Shown: positions 1-9,655 of the stretch, piece after piece
Numbering within the stretch: position 1 is the stretch's first letter
Layout of the letters: every line of letters begins with the position of its first letter
Source of the DNA: Gemmatimonadales bacterium
GTDB taxonomy: Bacteria; Gemmatimonadota; Gemmatimonadetes; Gemmatimonadales; GWC2-71-9
NCBI GenBank assembly: GCA_035518815.1
Contig: DATIXG010000082.1
Span: 65,398-129,397, forward strand
Reading direction: 5' to 3'
DNA length: 64,000 nucleotides
Position numbers and translations under genes: made by a program
The notes under the pieces: model-generated
Database searches by the model: none
What the model was told of the DNA's origin: nothing
What the model saw: only the letters and a program-made list of their open reading frames with translations

Positions 1-2
1 TC

Positions 3-1001
3 GGGCGGGAGCCCCTCGGCACCGGCGCCGACGGACGCCCGGTCTACCTGCGCGACCTCTGGCCTTCGCCCGCGGAAGTCGATGCGCTCGTGCAGAGCGC
101 GATTCAGTCCTCGATGTTCCGCAAGGAGTACGGCGAGGTCTTCAAAGGCGACGCCCGCTGGGCGGGCCTCCCCGTCCCCGCGGGCGATCGGTTCCTGTGG
201 GAGCCCGAGTCGACCTACATCCGTCGTGCTCCCTTCTTCGACGGCATGCCTGCGACGCCCAAGCCCGTGACCGACATCCAGGGCGCCCGCGTGCTATGCC
301 TCCTGGGCGACAGCATCACCACCGACCACATCTCGCCCGCGGGTTCGATTCGCAAGACGAGCCCGGCCGGCCAGTATCTCGTGGCGCACGGGGTCGACCC
401 CGTGGACTTCAACTCCTACGGCGCGCGCCGCGGCAACCATGAAGTGATGGTGCGCGGCACGTTCGCCAACGTGCGCCTGAAGAATGCGCTCGCGCCGGGT
501 ACCGAGGGACCCGTCACGGTTCACCTGCCTGACGGGGAGCGGATGACGATCTACGACGCCTCGGTGCGCTACCAGCAGGAGGGAACGCCGCTCGTCGTCA
601 TCGCGGGGAAGGAGTACGGCGCGGGGTCGTCCCGCGATTGGGCGGCGAAAGGACCACGGTTGCTCGGCGTTCGCGCCGTGATCGCCCAGAGCTACGAGCG
701 CATCCATCGCTCGAACCTCGTGGGGATGGGAATCCTGCCCTTGCAATTCCTGGCCGGCGAGGACGCCGCCTCGCTCAGGCTCACCGGGACCGAGCGCTAC
801 GACCTCACGCGTCTCGCGGAGCTCCTCACCGAGGGATTTCCGCACGGCAAAGAGGTCGCGATCCGGGCGACCGGCTCCGACGGCACCGTCGTGACGTTCC
901 GTGCCACCATCCGCATCGACACGCCGCAGGAGCTGCTCTATTACCGCCACGGCGGCATCCTCGAGTACGTGCTGCGCCAGCTCGCCGCCGGGGCGGTCTA
1001 G
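3..1001 (+). CDS. acnA: Aconitate hydratase A, C-terminal (swivel) domain; 5' end lies outside the window
   Basis: Frame is open from the window edge to TAG 999-1001. Motifs [32 protein letters not shown] and [20 protein letters not shown] are classic aconitase domain-4 motifs. Confidence 0.9.
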   Translation, partial: GREPLGTGADGRPVYLRDLWPSPAEVDALVQSAIQSSMFRKEYGEVFKGDARWAGLPVPAGDRFLWEPESTYIRRAPFFDGMPATPKPVTDIQGARVLCLLGDSITTDHISPAGSIRKTSPAGQYLVAHGVDPVDFNSYGARRGNHEVMVRGTFANVRLKNALAPGTEGPVTVHLPDGERMTIYDASVRYQQEGTPLVVIAGKEYGAGSSRDWAAKGPRLLGVRAVIAQSYERIHRSNLVGMGILPLQFLAGEDAASLRLTGTERYDLTRLAELLTEGFPHGKEVAIRATGSDGTVVTFRATIRIDTPQELLYYRHGGILEYVLRQLAAGAV

Positions 1002-1016
1002 GCCGCGGCAAACCGC

Positions 1017-2420
1017 TCAGGCCGCAAGCTCGACCTTCTGTCCGTCGGTGGGTACCTCCACCCGCCACCCGTAGCGCTTCTCGATCGCCCGCGCCAGCGC
1101 GCTCGTCGCTTCAGGCTCGCCGTGGACCAGGTACGTGACGCGCGGCGGCCGCGCGAACCCGCCCAGCCATCGGAGTGTCTCGTCCCGGTCCGCGTGGGCG
1201 GACAGCGCCGTGATTTCGGCCACTCGCGCCCGCACGGTCGTATCGATGCCGAAGATCCGGATACGTTCCGCCCCCTCTTCGAGGGCCCGGCCGCGCGTGC
1301 CCGGCGCCTGATAGCCAACGAGTAGCACCGTCGTCTTCGGATCGCCGAGGCGCAGCGCCAGGTGGTGCAGGATCCGGCCCCCCGTTGCCATCCCGCTCGA
1401 CGAAATAATGATGATCGGCCCCCGAACGTCGTTGATACGCTTGGATTCTTCAGGCGTCCGGGCGATGTGCAAGCCGCCCGGATGGAGCGGGTTCTCGCCC
1501 CGCTCGAACGCCGCCGCTACCTGCGGATCGCACTCGGCAGCGTAACGGCGGTAGATGTCGGTCACCTCAATCGCCATCGGGCTGTCGCAGTACACCGGCA
1601 GCACCGGAATCGCCCCGGCGAGCTCGAGACGGCGGAGCATCCAGAGCAGCTCCTGGGTTCGGTCCACGGCGAACGCCGGCACGAGCAAGGCACCGCCCCG
1701 GCGCGCTGTGTCTTGTACCAGCGCGGCAAGCTCGGCTTCGGCACCCGTCGCATGTGTCCGGTCGCCGTACGTCGATTCGAGCAGCAAGATGTCGGCGTCG
1801 GGGATGGGAGCGGGATCGCGCAGGATCGCCCGGTCGTAGCGGCCCAGGTCTCCGGTGTAGACCAGGCGGGTGGGTCTCGAGCCACCCAGCGCGAGCTCGA
1901 TCGTGGCCGAGCCCAGAATGTGACCGGCTGGACGCAGGGTCGCCGTCACACCACGCACTACGGGAAAGGGCGTCTCGTACTCGCGACGCGCAATCAGCCG
2001 CAGTACCGCCTCGGCGTCCGCGGCGTCGTACAGCGGTAGTGCCGGGTGATGCTTCGTGTATCCCCGGCGGTTGGCGCGCTCGGCCTCCTCTTCCTGCAGG
2101 TGTGCCGCGTCGGGAAGCACCACCTCCAGCAGATCGCCGGTTGCGGCCGTGCAGTAGATGGGACCCCGGAACCCCTTGCGCACCACGAGCGGCAGGTACC
2201 CCGAGTGATCGACGTGCGCGTGGCTCACGACGATCGCATCGATCGTCCGCGGGTCCGGTACCCGGTCGCCCCAGTTGCGCAGGCGCAGGTCCTTGCGGCC
2301 CTGGAACAACCCGCAGTCGAGGAGGATGCGCCGGCCCTCCGCGCGCACGAGGTGCATCGACCCCGTGACCGTGCCCGCGGCGCCGAGGAACTCGACCGTC
2401 GGTTGTGCGACGCTCATCAT
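1017..2420 (-). CDS. MBL-fold beta-CASP metallo-hydrolase (RNA-metabolising family)
   Basis: 467-aa ORF with HAHVDHSGYLP (HxHxDH) metallo-beta-lactamase motif followed by a beta-CASP-like half. ATG 2418-2420 overlaps the TGA 2417-2419 of the upstream gene. Confidence 0.8.
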   Translation of the reverse strand: MMSVAQPTVEFLGAAGTVTGSMHLVRAEGRRILLDCGLFQGRKDLRLRNWGDRVPDPRTIDAIVVSHAHVDHSGYLPLVVRKGFRGPIYCTAATGDLLEVVLPDAAHLQEEEAERANRRGYTKHHPALPLYDAADAEAVLRLIARREYETPFPVVRGVTATLRPAGHILGSATIELALGGSRPTRLVYTGDLGRYDRAILRDPAPIPDADILLLESTYGDRTHATGAEAELAALVQDTARRGGALLVPAFAVDRTQELLWMLRRLELAGAIPVLPVYCDSPMAIEVTDIYRRYAAECDPQVAAAFERGENPLHPGGLHIARTPEESKRINDVRGPIIIISSSGMATGGRILHHLALRLGDPKTTVLLVGYQAPGTRGRALEEGAERIRIFGIDTTVRARVAEITALSAHADRDETLRWLGGFARPPRVTYLVHGEPEATSALARAIEKRYGWRVEVPTDGQKVELAA

Positions 2421-3184
2421 TGTCCGTCGACCCTACCCAGCAACCGGAGCAAGCCGTCGAGCGTGGTGAGCGGATGGGGCGGGCACCCCGGGACCCACAG
2501 GTCCACCGGCAAGATTGTGCCCACGCCGCCCGCGACCTCCGGGCTGCCCGAGAACGGGCCACCGCTCGCGGCACACGCTCCGACCGCGATGACGAGCTTG
2601 GGCGGGGGAACCGCCTCGTACGTCTGTTCGAGCGCGAACCGCATGTTCGTGTTGACCGCCCCCGTCACGACGATCCCGTCAGCGTGCCTCGGGGATGCCA
2701 CGAATTGCACGCCGAAGCGGCCGAGGTCGAACACCACATTGCCCAGCGCCACGAGTTCCGCTTCGCAGCCGCTGCAGCTGCCCGCCACGACCGAGCGGAG
2801 CCGAAGCGAGCGCCCGAACAGTTTGCGGGCGCGCTCATCGAGGGCCCGCGCCAGCTCAATCTCTCCAGTCGGACTGACCAGCGCGTCCCGCGTGGACGTG
2901 GCCATGCGATAGTCCCGGCTATAGCTGATCGCGCCTCGCGCACAGGAAGCCGCCTCTTCCGGGCTGAAGAGACACGCACCCAAATCGAGCGCGGCCGACC
3001 CGTGTGGCTCCGCTTTCAACAAGGCCGATGGCGCCCGGTCGGCGCATTGCCGGCAACTCTCCTCGCAGCGCGCCGCATCCCGCAGCGGACGGCCGCGAAA
3101 CCGCTCGGGAAATTCGCCGCCGTCCCGCGGGAACCGGGACGTCCGGATCCCCTGCTGGAGTCTCGTCCGGATCCAATCGAGCAC
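2417..3184 (-). CDS. NuoB/HycG-type [4Fe-4S] small subunit of a Hyf/Ehr-type membrane complex, with ~110-aa Cys-containing N-terminal extension
   Basis: The C-terminal half has GSCSGCE, VGACAASGGPF and VPGCPPHP, which supply the four Cys of the NuoB/HycG cluster. The N-terminal part has CEESCRQC plus two more Cys but no complete CxxCxxCxxxCP motif. Confidence 0.8.
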   Translation of the reverse strand: MLDWIRTRLQQGIRTSRFPRDGGEFPERFRGRPLRDAARCEESCRQCADRAPSALLKAEPHGSAALDLGACLFSPEEAASCARGAISYSRDYRMATSTRDALVSPTGEIELARALDERARKLFGRSLRLRSVVAGSCSGCEAELVALGNVVFDLGRFGVQFVASPRHADGIVVTGAVNTNMRFALEQTYEAVPPPKLVIAVGACAASGGPFSGSPEVAGGVGTILPVDLWVPGCPPHPLTTLDGLLRLLGRVDGQ

Positions 3185-3200
3185 CGCTTACGCCCTCATT

Positions 3201-4712
3201 TCAGAGATCGTGCCCAGCGTAGGACAGGTTGAAGCTCTTGTTGCAGAGCGGGAAATCGGAGATCTCGTTCCCGGGCATCGCCGCCGCCAGCGCGGGCCAG
3301 TTGTGAAACGAGGGGTCGGTGACTTTGTGCCGGCGGACGCGGCCAGTAGCGTCGGTGATCGCGACATGGACGATCTCCCCCCGCCATCCCTCGACCATCG
3401 CCACGGCCAGCTCATTCGGCCGCAAGCTGCCGCAGTCCACCCGTACCGGCCCCTTGGGAAGCGCGCCCAGTTGCTCGATCGTGAACTCGAGCGATCGCTG
3501 GATCTCGAGGCGCCGCACCAGCGCCCGCGCCAGCACGTCCCCCGCCCATGCGGTGGCGACGGGGATGTGCGCGAACCGGAAGATTCCCCAGGGATGATCG
3601 TGCCGCACGTCGCGCGGCAGCTCACAGGCGCGTGCCACAGGTCCGACGAAGCCGCGCTCCGCGCACGCGCTGCCAGTCACCACGCCCACACCCTCGAGCC
3701 GGGCCTGGACGGACCCGGCCTCGAACATCAGCGTGAGCACGGGGTCCATCTCCTCCCTCAGACGCTCGAGCCGGTCGCGCATCTGCTCGGCCATGGCGGG
3801 GGTGATGTCGAATGCCGCCCCGCCGGGCCGCACGAGACCGCGGCCGTAGCGATTGCCGGAGAGGGTCATCAGGAGGTTGAGACATTCTCCCCGCATGCGG
3901 CCCAGATACGCCGCCGCCGGTTGAAACGCGACGTCGCCCGCCATTGCGCCGAGATCGCCGATGTGGTTCGCCAGGCGCTCGAGCTCGAGCGCGATCCCAC
4001 GGATCGTCTGTCCCCGCGGCGTCTTGCGACTGCGGGCGAGCGCCTCGATTGCCCCGCAGTACGCCCCCGCGTGGCCGATCACCGTGTCCCCCGCGATCGA
4101 CTCGGCGACGAGCACGGCGCGATCGCGCTCGAGGCGCTCGAGCAGCGGCTCCACGCCGCGGTGCTGATAGCCGAGCATGATCTCGAGGAGCAACACCTGC
4201 TCACCGTGCGCCTGAAACCGGAAGTGTCCGGGCTCGATGATCCCGGCGTGTACGGGGCCGACCGCGACCTCGTGCACCTCCTCCCCCTCCACGCGGAAGA
4301 ACGGATACGCTTCACGGTCCAGCGACTGCGCCCGCCGCCCGGACGGGAGGTGATCTGGTGGATGGCGCCGCAGCGGCTTGAGCGAGGGGTGGCGCTCCGG
4401 CACCACGCCGCACTGCTCGGCGATCTCGCGCTCAAAGGTGTGGGCCTGCGGGCAGTCGACCGCAAGCGACGGGTAGCGGTCCCCGACGGCGGTGCTCGTC
4501 GCGCTGAGCTCCCCCGCCGCGTCATCGGCCAGGATCGCGATGAGGCGCGTCTCGTCCGTCCCCTCCGGCATCCCGAAGAGAGACGCGAGCCGCGACCCGC
4601 CGCTGACGGCCTGCAGGATCGATTCGCGAAACCGCTCCACCGGCTCGAGCGGTACGGAAGCGAGCTGGATCGCGCGCCGGTTGCGGAGGCCCAGCGCCCT
4701 GAAGCCGTTCAT
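3201..4712 (-). CDS. HycE/HyfG/NuoCD-like large subunit homologue lacking the NiFe-binding cysteines
   Basis: 503 aa. VGPVHAGIIEPGHFRF and C-terminal DPSFHNWPALAAAMPGNEISDFPL are HycE/HyfG-type, and there is a NuoC-like N-terminal ~120 aa. At the two CxxC ligand positions it reads ESIAGDTVIGH and KSFNLSYAGHDL. 4-nt overlap with the upstream gene. Confidence 0.85.
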   Translation of the reverse strand: MNGFRALGLRNRRAIQLASVPLEPVERFRESILQAVSGGSRLASLFGMPEGTDETRLIAILADDAAGELSATSTAVGDRYPSLAVDCPQAHTFEREIAEQCGVVPERHPSLKPLRRHPPDHLPSGRRAQSLDREAYPFFRVEGEEVHEVAVGPVHAGIIEPGHFRFQAHGEQVLLLEIMLGYQHRGVEPLLERLERDRAVLVAESIAGDTVIGHAGAYCGAIEALARSRKTPRGQTIRGIALELERLANHIGDLGAMAGDVAFQPAAAYLGRMRGECLNLLMTLSGNRYGRGLVRPGGAAFDITPAMAEQMRDRLERLREEMDPVLTLMFEAGSVQARLEGVGVVTGSACAERGFVGPVARACELPRDVRHDHPWGIFRFAHIPVATAWAGDVLARALVRRLEIQRSLEFTIEQLGALPKGPVRVDCGSLRPNELAVAMVEGWRGEIVHVAITDATGRVRRHKVTDPSFHNWPALAAAMPGNEISDFPLCNKSFNLSYAGHDL

Positions 4713-6148
4713 GGGGCGGAGCCACCGAGGGCGACGGCGGCGCGCGCCAGGACCTCTTGCAGCGGGCCCGGAATGAAAACGCCCAGCATCAAAACCGTGG
4801 CCGCGAGGGCGGCTGGACCCGCAACCAGCCAGGGGCTCTCGCGGACGGGGAGGCTGGCCGACGGGGGCTCACCGAGCGCGATCCCGAGCACGAGCGCCGC
4901 CATTCCCACAAAGATGATCGCCAGCATCAGCAGCATCACCACCGCGACCCAGGGGTGGCCGGCGTCGATCGCCGCGCGCAGGATCGTGAACTCGCTCATG
5001 AAGAGACCGAACGGAGGCGACCCCGTGACGGCGAACAGCCCGAGTACGAGAAGCGCCGCCGAGGCTGGCAGCGTGCGCACCAGTCCCCTCGCGCGCGCCG
5101 CCGTCGAGCTACCAGTCGCGAGCACGATGTTTCCGGTGACCAGGAACATCCAACCCTTGGCCAAGCCGTTGTTCACGAGGTGGAGCATGCTGCCGTATGC
5201 GCCCACGCCGCCCAACCCGAGCCCCAGCACGAGGAGCCCCATGTGCTCCACGCTCGAATACGCGAGGAGGCGCTTCACGTCGCTCTGCCCGATGATGAAC
5301 ACGGCGGCCACGGCGAGGGACACGAGTCCGAAACCCACGAGCACCGGTTGAGCAAACGACCCGAGCCCCGCGGCCATGACGACCTCCGTCACGCGGGCGA
5401 CCCCGAGAAAGGCGCACCCCGTCAGCGCGCCGGCCATGAGACCGCTGACGAGGCTGGGCGCTTCCCCGTAGGCGTCGGGCTTCCAGGTGTGCATCGGGGC
5501 AAGCCCCATCTTCGTGCCAAAGCCCACGAGCAAGAAGAGGAACGCAGCGCGCAGCCAGGCGGGGTGCAGCTCCCGGGCATGCGCGACCAGATCGGGGAGG
5601 ACGAGCGGACGCCCCGGGACGCCCTCCTGCGCGCTCGCCAGGAAGAAGGTACCGAGCAGCGCGAGCGCGATCCCGACCGACGAGATGACGAGGTACTTCC
5701 AGGTGGCCTCGAGCGAGCGACGGTCCCGGCGCAGGAACACCAGCGGCGCAACCGACAGGGTCGTTGCTTCCATCCCGACCCAGAGCAACGCCAGGTGATG
5801 CGCAAGCGCCACGACGGACGCCGCCGAGAGAAACGCCAGGAGGCAACCCGCGAAGACCCGGCCGCTGCGTGGCTTCTCGTGCCGCAGGTATCCCACCGTG
5901 TAGGTCACGGTGACGACGAAGAGCACGCTCGTGAGGGTGAGGACGATCATGCCCAGCGGATCAGCGGCGAGCCAACCGCCCAGCTCCGGCGGCGGGGGCG
6001 CAACCCAGAGGGACGCAACCAGCCCGAGATGGGCCAGCGCGGCCGCGGCGAGGAGGGCGACGGGGACGCGGCGTCCCCGGAATGCGGGCAGCACGAGCAC
6101 CGGGACCGCGACCAGCAAGGGCAGCCCACAGATGACGAGCAGACGCAT
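4709..6148 (-). CDS. Antiporter-like membrane subunit (HyfF/NuoN family)
   Basis: 479-aa polytopic ORF with FGTKMGLAPMHTWKPDAYGEAPS motif of the NuoL/M/N proton-antiporter-like family. ATG 6146-6148 shares one nt with the upstream TGA. Confidence 0.8.
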   Translation of the reverse strand: MRLLVICGLPLLVAVPVLVLPAFRGRRVPVALLAAAALAHLGLVASLWVAPPPPELGGWLAADPLGMIVLTLTSVLFVVTVTYTVGYLRHEKPRSGRVFAGCLLAFLSAASVVALAHHLALLWVGMEATTLSVAPLVFLRRDRRSLEATWKYLVISSVGIALALLGTFFLASAQEGVPGRPLVLPDLVAHARELHPAWLRAAFLFLLVGFGTKMGLAPMHTWKPDAYGEAPSLVSGLMAGALTGCAFLGVARVTEVVMAAGLGSFAQPVLVGFGLVSLAVAAVFIIGQSDVKRLLAYSSVEHMGLLVLGLGLGGVGAYGSMLHLVNNGLAKGWMFLVTGNIVLATGSSTAARARGLVRTLPASAALLVLGLFAVTGSPPFGLFMSEFTILRAAIDAGHPWVAVVMLLMLAIIFVGMAALVLGIALGEPPSASLPVRESPWLVAGPAALAATVLMLGVFIPGPLQEVLARAAVALGGSAP

Positions 6149-6792
6149 CAGTCGGTCAGCTCTCTGAGCCGCGTCGAATCGAGCGAGTCGAATTCGCGGT
6201 TGATGTGGAACACGACGATGCCCATGACGAACACACCGACGAAGACGTCGAGGAGCACGCCGAGCTCCATCAGGAACGGGACGCTTTCGGTCTGCGTCAG
6301 ACCGAAGAGATAGATCCCGTTCTCGAGTATGAGATAGCCGACCACTTGCGTGATGGCTTTGCGTCGGGTGGTGAGCACGATGAAGCCGATCATCACCGTT
6401 GCGAGGGACGCCGGCACGAGCAGCGGCTGCTGCAGGGCCGGCAGGGGCAGGCGGGCGGCGATGGCGAAGGCGAGCGCCAGCGCGAGCGCGCCGAGCAGCT
6501 GCGACGCGATGAAGCCCACCATCGGCTCGATCTCCCGACGCACGGCCGCCTCACGAATCGCCCGCGCCAGGAACCAGGGCAGCACAATCGCCTTCACGAG
6601 AACGGTGCCCATGCCGAGAGCGACGGCGTGTACCGAAACCTGTGGTGCGACGAGAACCGGGAGGAGGCCGAGCAGCAGGCCCTGGGCCGCGACGCCGCGG
6701 ATGCAGCTCGAGAGCCGCGTGGTGCCCAGGATGGCGAGGTCGGACAGGACCACGAGCAGGAGGACGAGCTGGGCGGCGTTTCGCACGGTCAA
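6148..6792 (-). CDS. HyfE-like small membrane subunit
   Basis: 214-aa hydrophobic ORF with GYLILENGIYLFG. It sits between the NuoH-like and NuoN-like genes as hyfE does in hyf operons. 4-nt overlap upstream. Confidence 0.65.
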   Translation of the reverse strand: MTVRNAAQLVLLLVVLSDLAILGTTRLSSCIRGVAAQGLLLGLLPVLVAPQVSVHAVALGMGTVLVKAIVLPWFLARAIREAAVRREIEPMVGFIASQLLGALALALAFAIAARLPLPALQQPLLVPASLATVMIGFIVLTTRRKAITQVVGYLILENGIYLFGLTQTESVPFLMELGVLLDVFVGVFVMGIVVFHINREFDSLDSTRLRELTD

Positions 6793-7700
6793 CCGAGCTG
6801 CAGGACGATGCCGAACAGCGCCAGGGCGCCCGCCCCCACGAGCAGCTGCGGCACGCGGCTGAGCCGCAGCCGCGCCATGGCCGACTCCACGACGCCCACG
6901 AAGACGGCCACGACTCCAAGCCCGAGGAACAGGACCGCAAGCGCCACGGGCCCGGACAGCCCCGCGCGCGGCACGAATACGCTCACAACCAATACGCCGA
7001 ACAGCGCGAGCTTGAGCGCGCTGCCATACAGGATCAGCGCGAGGTCGGGCCCGCTGTGGTCGAGGACGATCACCTCGTGGATCATCGTCAGTTCGAGATG
7101 GGTCGCCGGGTCGTCGACCGGAACTCTGCAGTTCTCCGCCAACAGCAAGACGAAGAGACTAATACCCACGAGGCTCAGCGACGCGCCCGCGCGGGGCCAC
7201 GCCTCGGCGAGCGGTGTCCCCAACATGCCCGCGAGCGAGGTATCGCCGGTCGCCAGCACAAGCGCAATGAAGCAAAGGAACAACGTCGGCTCCGCGAAGC
7301 TCGCGATCGTCACCTCGCGGCTCGCCCCCATTCCCTCGAAGCTCGAGCCCGTGTCGAGCCCCGCGAGCACGAGCGCGAAGCGCCCCAGCGCGAGCAGCCC
7401 CGCGAACGCGACCAGATCGCCTGCGAAGCTGGCGGGCGCTTCGCGTCCGTCGAGCGGCAGGAACAGCGCCGCCACAACCAGCGACGCAAGGACCACAACC
7501 GGGCCCGCGCGGAAGATCCATGACGTGGTCCGGCTGTAGACAGTCCCCTTCCGCACGAGCTTCCAGAGGTCGTAGTAAAGCTGCAGCACCGGCGGGCCGC
7601 GCCGCCCCGTCAGGAGCGACTTGGTCTTCACCACAACTCCCGACAGCGCCGGAGCCGCGAGCCCCAAGATGCCGAGCGCAGCGAGCCCTTCCCGCGTCAC
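6789..7700 (-). CDS. HycD/HyfC/NuoH-like membrane subunit
   Basis: The track ORF runs to 8060, but that part overlaps the upstream gene. GTG 7698-7700 overlaps the upstream TGA (GTGA). The product starts VTREGLAALGILGLAAP...TGRRGPPVLQLYYDLWKL, which is HycD-like. Confidence 0.75.
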   Translation of the reverse strand: MTREGLAALGILGLAAPALSGVVVKTKSLLTGRRGPPVLQLYYDLWKLVRKGTVYSRTTSWIFRAGPVVVLASLVVAALFLPLDGREAPASFAGDLVAFAGLLALGRFALVLAGLDTGSSFEGMGASREVTIASFAEPTLFLCFIALVLATGDTSLAGMLGTPLAEAWPRAGASLSLVGISLFVLLLAENCRVPVDDPATHLELTMIHEVIVLDHSGPDLALILYGSALKLALFGVLVVSVFVPRAGLSGPVALAVLFLGLGVVAVFVGVVESAMARLRLSRVPQLLVGAGALALFGIVLQLG

Positions 7701-9655
7701 AGGCCCCTTCCGGCGATGAGGAGGTAGAAGAGCAACCCGATGACGGCCGCGCCGACATACACGAGGTACAGGGACAGCGTGCCACGTTGCACCGAACGGA
7801 GCCTGGTGGCGGCGCTCTCGATGGCGTGCCAAGCAGGTAGAAATACGCGCTCCAGCACGGGGTCGAACGCGTGGGTGGCGAAGGCCTGCACGGTGCGGTC
7901 CGCGCGGAAGCCGGCGAACGACCGGAAGGTGCCGATGAGCGGGGCCGCGAAGGACGACGCGGTGTACGCCATCCGAGGCGTCGCCATCGCATAGGCGCAC
8001 CCCCAGGTCGGGGCCAGCGCCGGACGCGCGCGGCGACCGAACGCGCGACGGACTGCCCACGCCACGAGGAGGCCGACTGCGAGCGCGAGCGTGAACACCG
8101 TCGCGCCGACACTCGCCACCGGAGACCCTGCTCCGCCAGGGAGACCACCCGCGACGAGCGAACCCACCCGGAGCGCCGGCGGGACCACGGCGATCGGCAG
8201 CAGCCCGATCACGATGCAGGCGATCGCGAGGCCGACGGGCGGGTGGATCATGCCGCGGGGGGGCTCCCGGGCGCCATCAGCGACCGGGTCACGCGGCGTC
8301 CCCAGATAGATGACGCCTACCACCTTCGCGAAGCAGGCGAGGGCTAACGCGCCCATGAACGCGAGTGCCACGGCGGCGAGTACCGCTCGCGGCATCGCAT
8401 CGTGCGCGCTCCCGCCGCGGAGCAGCGCCTGGTATACCACCCACTCACTCACGAAGCCGTTCAGCGGCGGCAGCCCGACGATCGCCGCGGCGCCAACGAG
8501 GAATGCCGCCGCCGTCGTGGGCATGCGCCGAGCGAGCCCGCCAAGCCGGTCGATGTCCCGCGTGCCGGTGGCGTGAATCACCGAACCCGCGCCGAGGAAG
8601 AGGAGGCTCTTGAACAACGCGTGATTGAGCGTGTGAAGCGCAGCTCCGGCGAAGCCGAGCACCGCGATCAGCGGGTGGCCATACGCGAGGCCCAAGGCGC
8701 CCGCTCCGATCCCGAGCAGGACGATTCCGATGTTCTCGACGCTGTGGAAGGCGAGGAGCCGCTTGATGTCGTGCTGGGCGAGGGCCCAGACCACGCCGAG
8801 CACGCCGGAGCACGCCCCGAGGGCGAGCACGGTCCATCCCCACCAGGGTGGCGGCGCGCCGAACATGACCAGCGCACGCATCAGCCCATAGATCCCCATC
8901 TTGATCACGACGCCGGACATGAGCGCGGACACGTGCGCGGGCGCCGCAGCGTGCGCTTCGGGCAGCCAGACATGCAGTGGCACCACCCCCGCCTTCAGGC
9001 CGAAGGCGACGAGGGCGAGCGCCAGGATTATTGCCCCGCGGCCCTCCGAGAACGGCGCGTGCGCGGTAAGGGCGGCAAAGCTGAAATCACTCCCGACGCC
9101 CGCCCAGGCGGCGAAGAGAGCGAATAGCAACAAGGTCCCGGTGTGGGTCGCCACGAGGTAGATGAGACCGGCCCGACGCACCTCAGGTCGCTCGTGCTCG
9201 AACACGACCAGCAGATACGCCAGCACCGCCATCACTTCCCAGGCGATGAGGAAGGGCACGGCGGCGCGCGCGGTGACGGCAAGCGCCAGCGCGGTCACGA
9301 GCAGCGCCAACAGCAGATGCGCCGCCCCGACGGCGCGGTGACCGCGCTCATGATCCAGATAGGCAAGCCCGTAGAATGCGCACGCAGCGCCGACGATCAG
9401 GATCGCAAGCACGAACACGGCAGAGAGCGAATCGAGCCCGAACACCCACGCGCCGAAAGGCGCCCGGGTCGCCAACCGCACGTCGGGCACCGCAGCGCCG
9501 CCAAGCACCGCGAGTGCCGGCACCGCTCCGGTCACTGAGCCCGCCGCGAACAAAAGGCGGAACAACCTCTCCCCCAGCGCGGGATGCCGCCTCAATGCCG
9601 CCGCAGCGGCACCCGCCATGACGAGCAGCAGCAGGCTCACCGCGAACAGGGTCAC
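7697..9655 (-). CDS. Antiporter-like membrane subunit (HyfB/HyfD/NuoL-M family), second copy
   Basis: Start chosen at GTG 9653-9655, which overlaps the upstream TGA 9652-9654; a later ATG around 9618-9620 is an alternative. Carries FGLKAGVVPLHVWLPEAHAAAPAHVSALMSG. The Arg/Gly-rich 240 aa upstream in the track ORF is non-protein-like. Confidence 0.75.
   Translation of the reverse strand: MTLFAVSLLLLVMAGAAAAALRRHPALGERLFRLLFAAGSVTGAVPALAVLGGAAVPDVRLATRAPFGAWVFGLDSLSAVFVLAILIVGAACAFYGLAYLDHERGHRAVGAAHLLLALLVTALALAVTARAAVPFLIAWEVMAVLAYLLVVFEHERPEVRRAGLIYLVATHTGTLLLFALFAAWAGVGSDFSFAALTAHAPFSEGRGAIILALALVAFGLKAGVVPLHVWLPEAHAAAPAHVSALMSGVVIKMGIYGLMRALVMFGAPPPWWGWTVLALGACSGVLGVVWALAQHDIKRLLAFHSVENIGIVLLGIGAGALGLAYGHPLIAVLGFAGAALHTLNHALFKSLLFLGAGSVIHATGTRDIDRLGGLARRMPTTAAAFLVGAAAIVGLPPLNGFVSEWVVYQALLRGGSAHDAMPRAVLAAVALAFMGALALACFAKVVGVIYLGTPRDPVADGAREPPRGMIHPPVGLAIACIVIGLLPIAVVPPALRVGSLVAGGLPGGAGSPVASVGATVFTLALAVGLLVAWAVRRAFGRRARPALAPTWGCAYAMATPRMAYTASSFAAPLIGTFRSFAGFRADRTVQAFATHAFDPVLERVFLPAWHAIESAATRLRSVQRGTLSLYLVYVGAAVIGLLFYLLIAGRGL

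Noticed and set aside
3210-5351. 713-aa plus-strand ORF
   Set aside because: It is antisense to the HycE-like and HyfF-like genes, which have clear family motifs. The translation is low-complexity (R/P/A/G-rich) with no motifs.
7701-8060. N-terminal 120-aa extension of the HycD-like ORF, and the 242-aa extension of the 7697-10381 ORF (9656-10381)
   Set aside because: Both extensions overlap the well-supported upstream antiporter-like genes and are Arg/Gly-rich. Internal GTG codons that overlap the upstream stops (GTGA) give products starting where homologues start.
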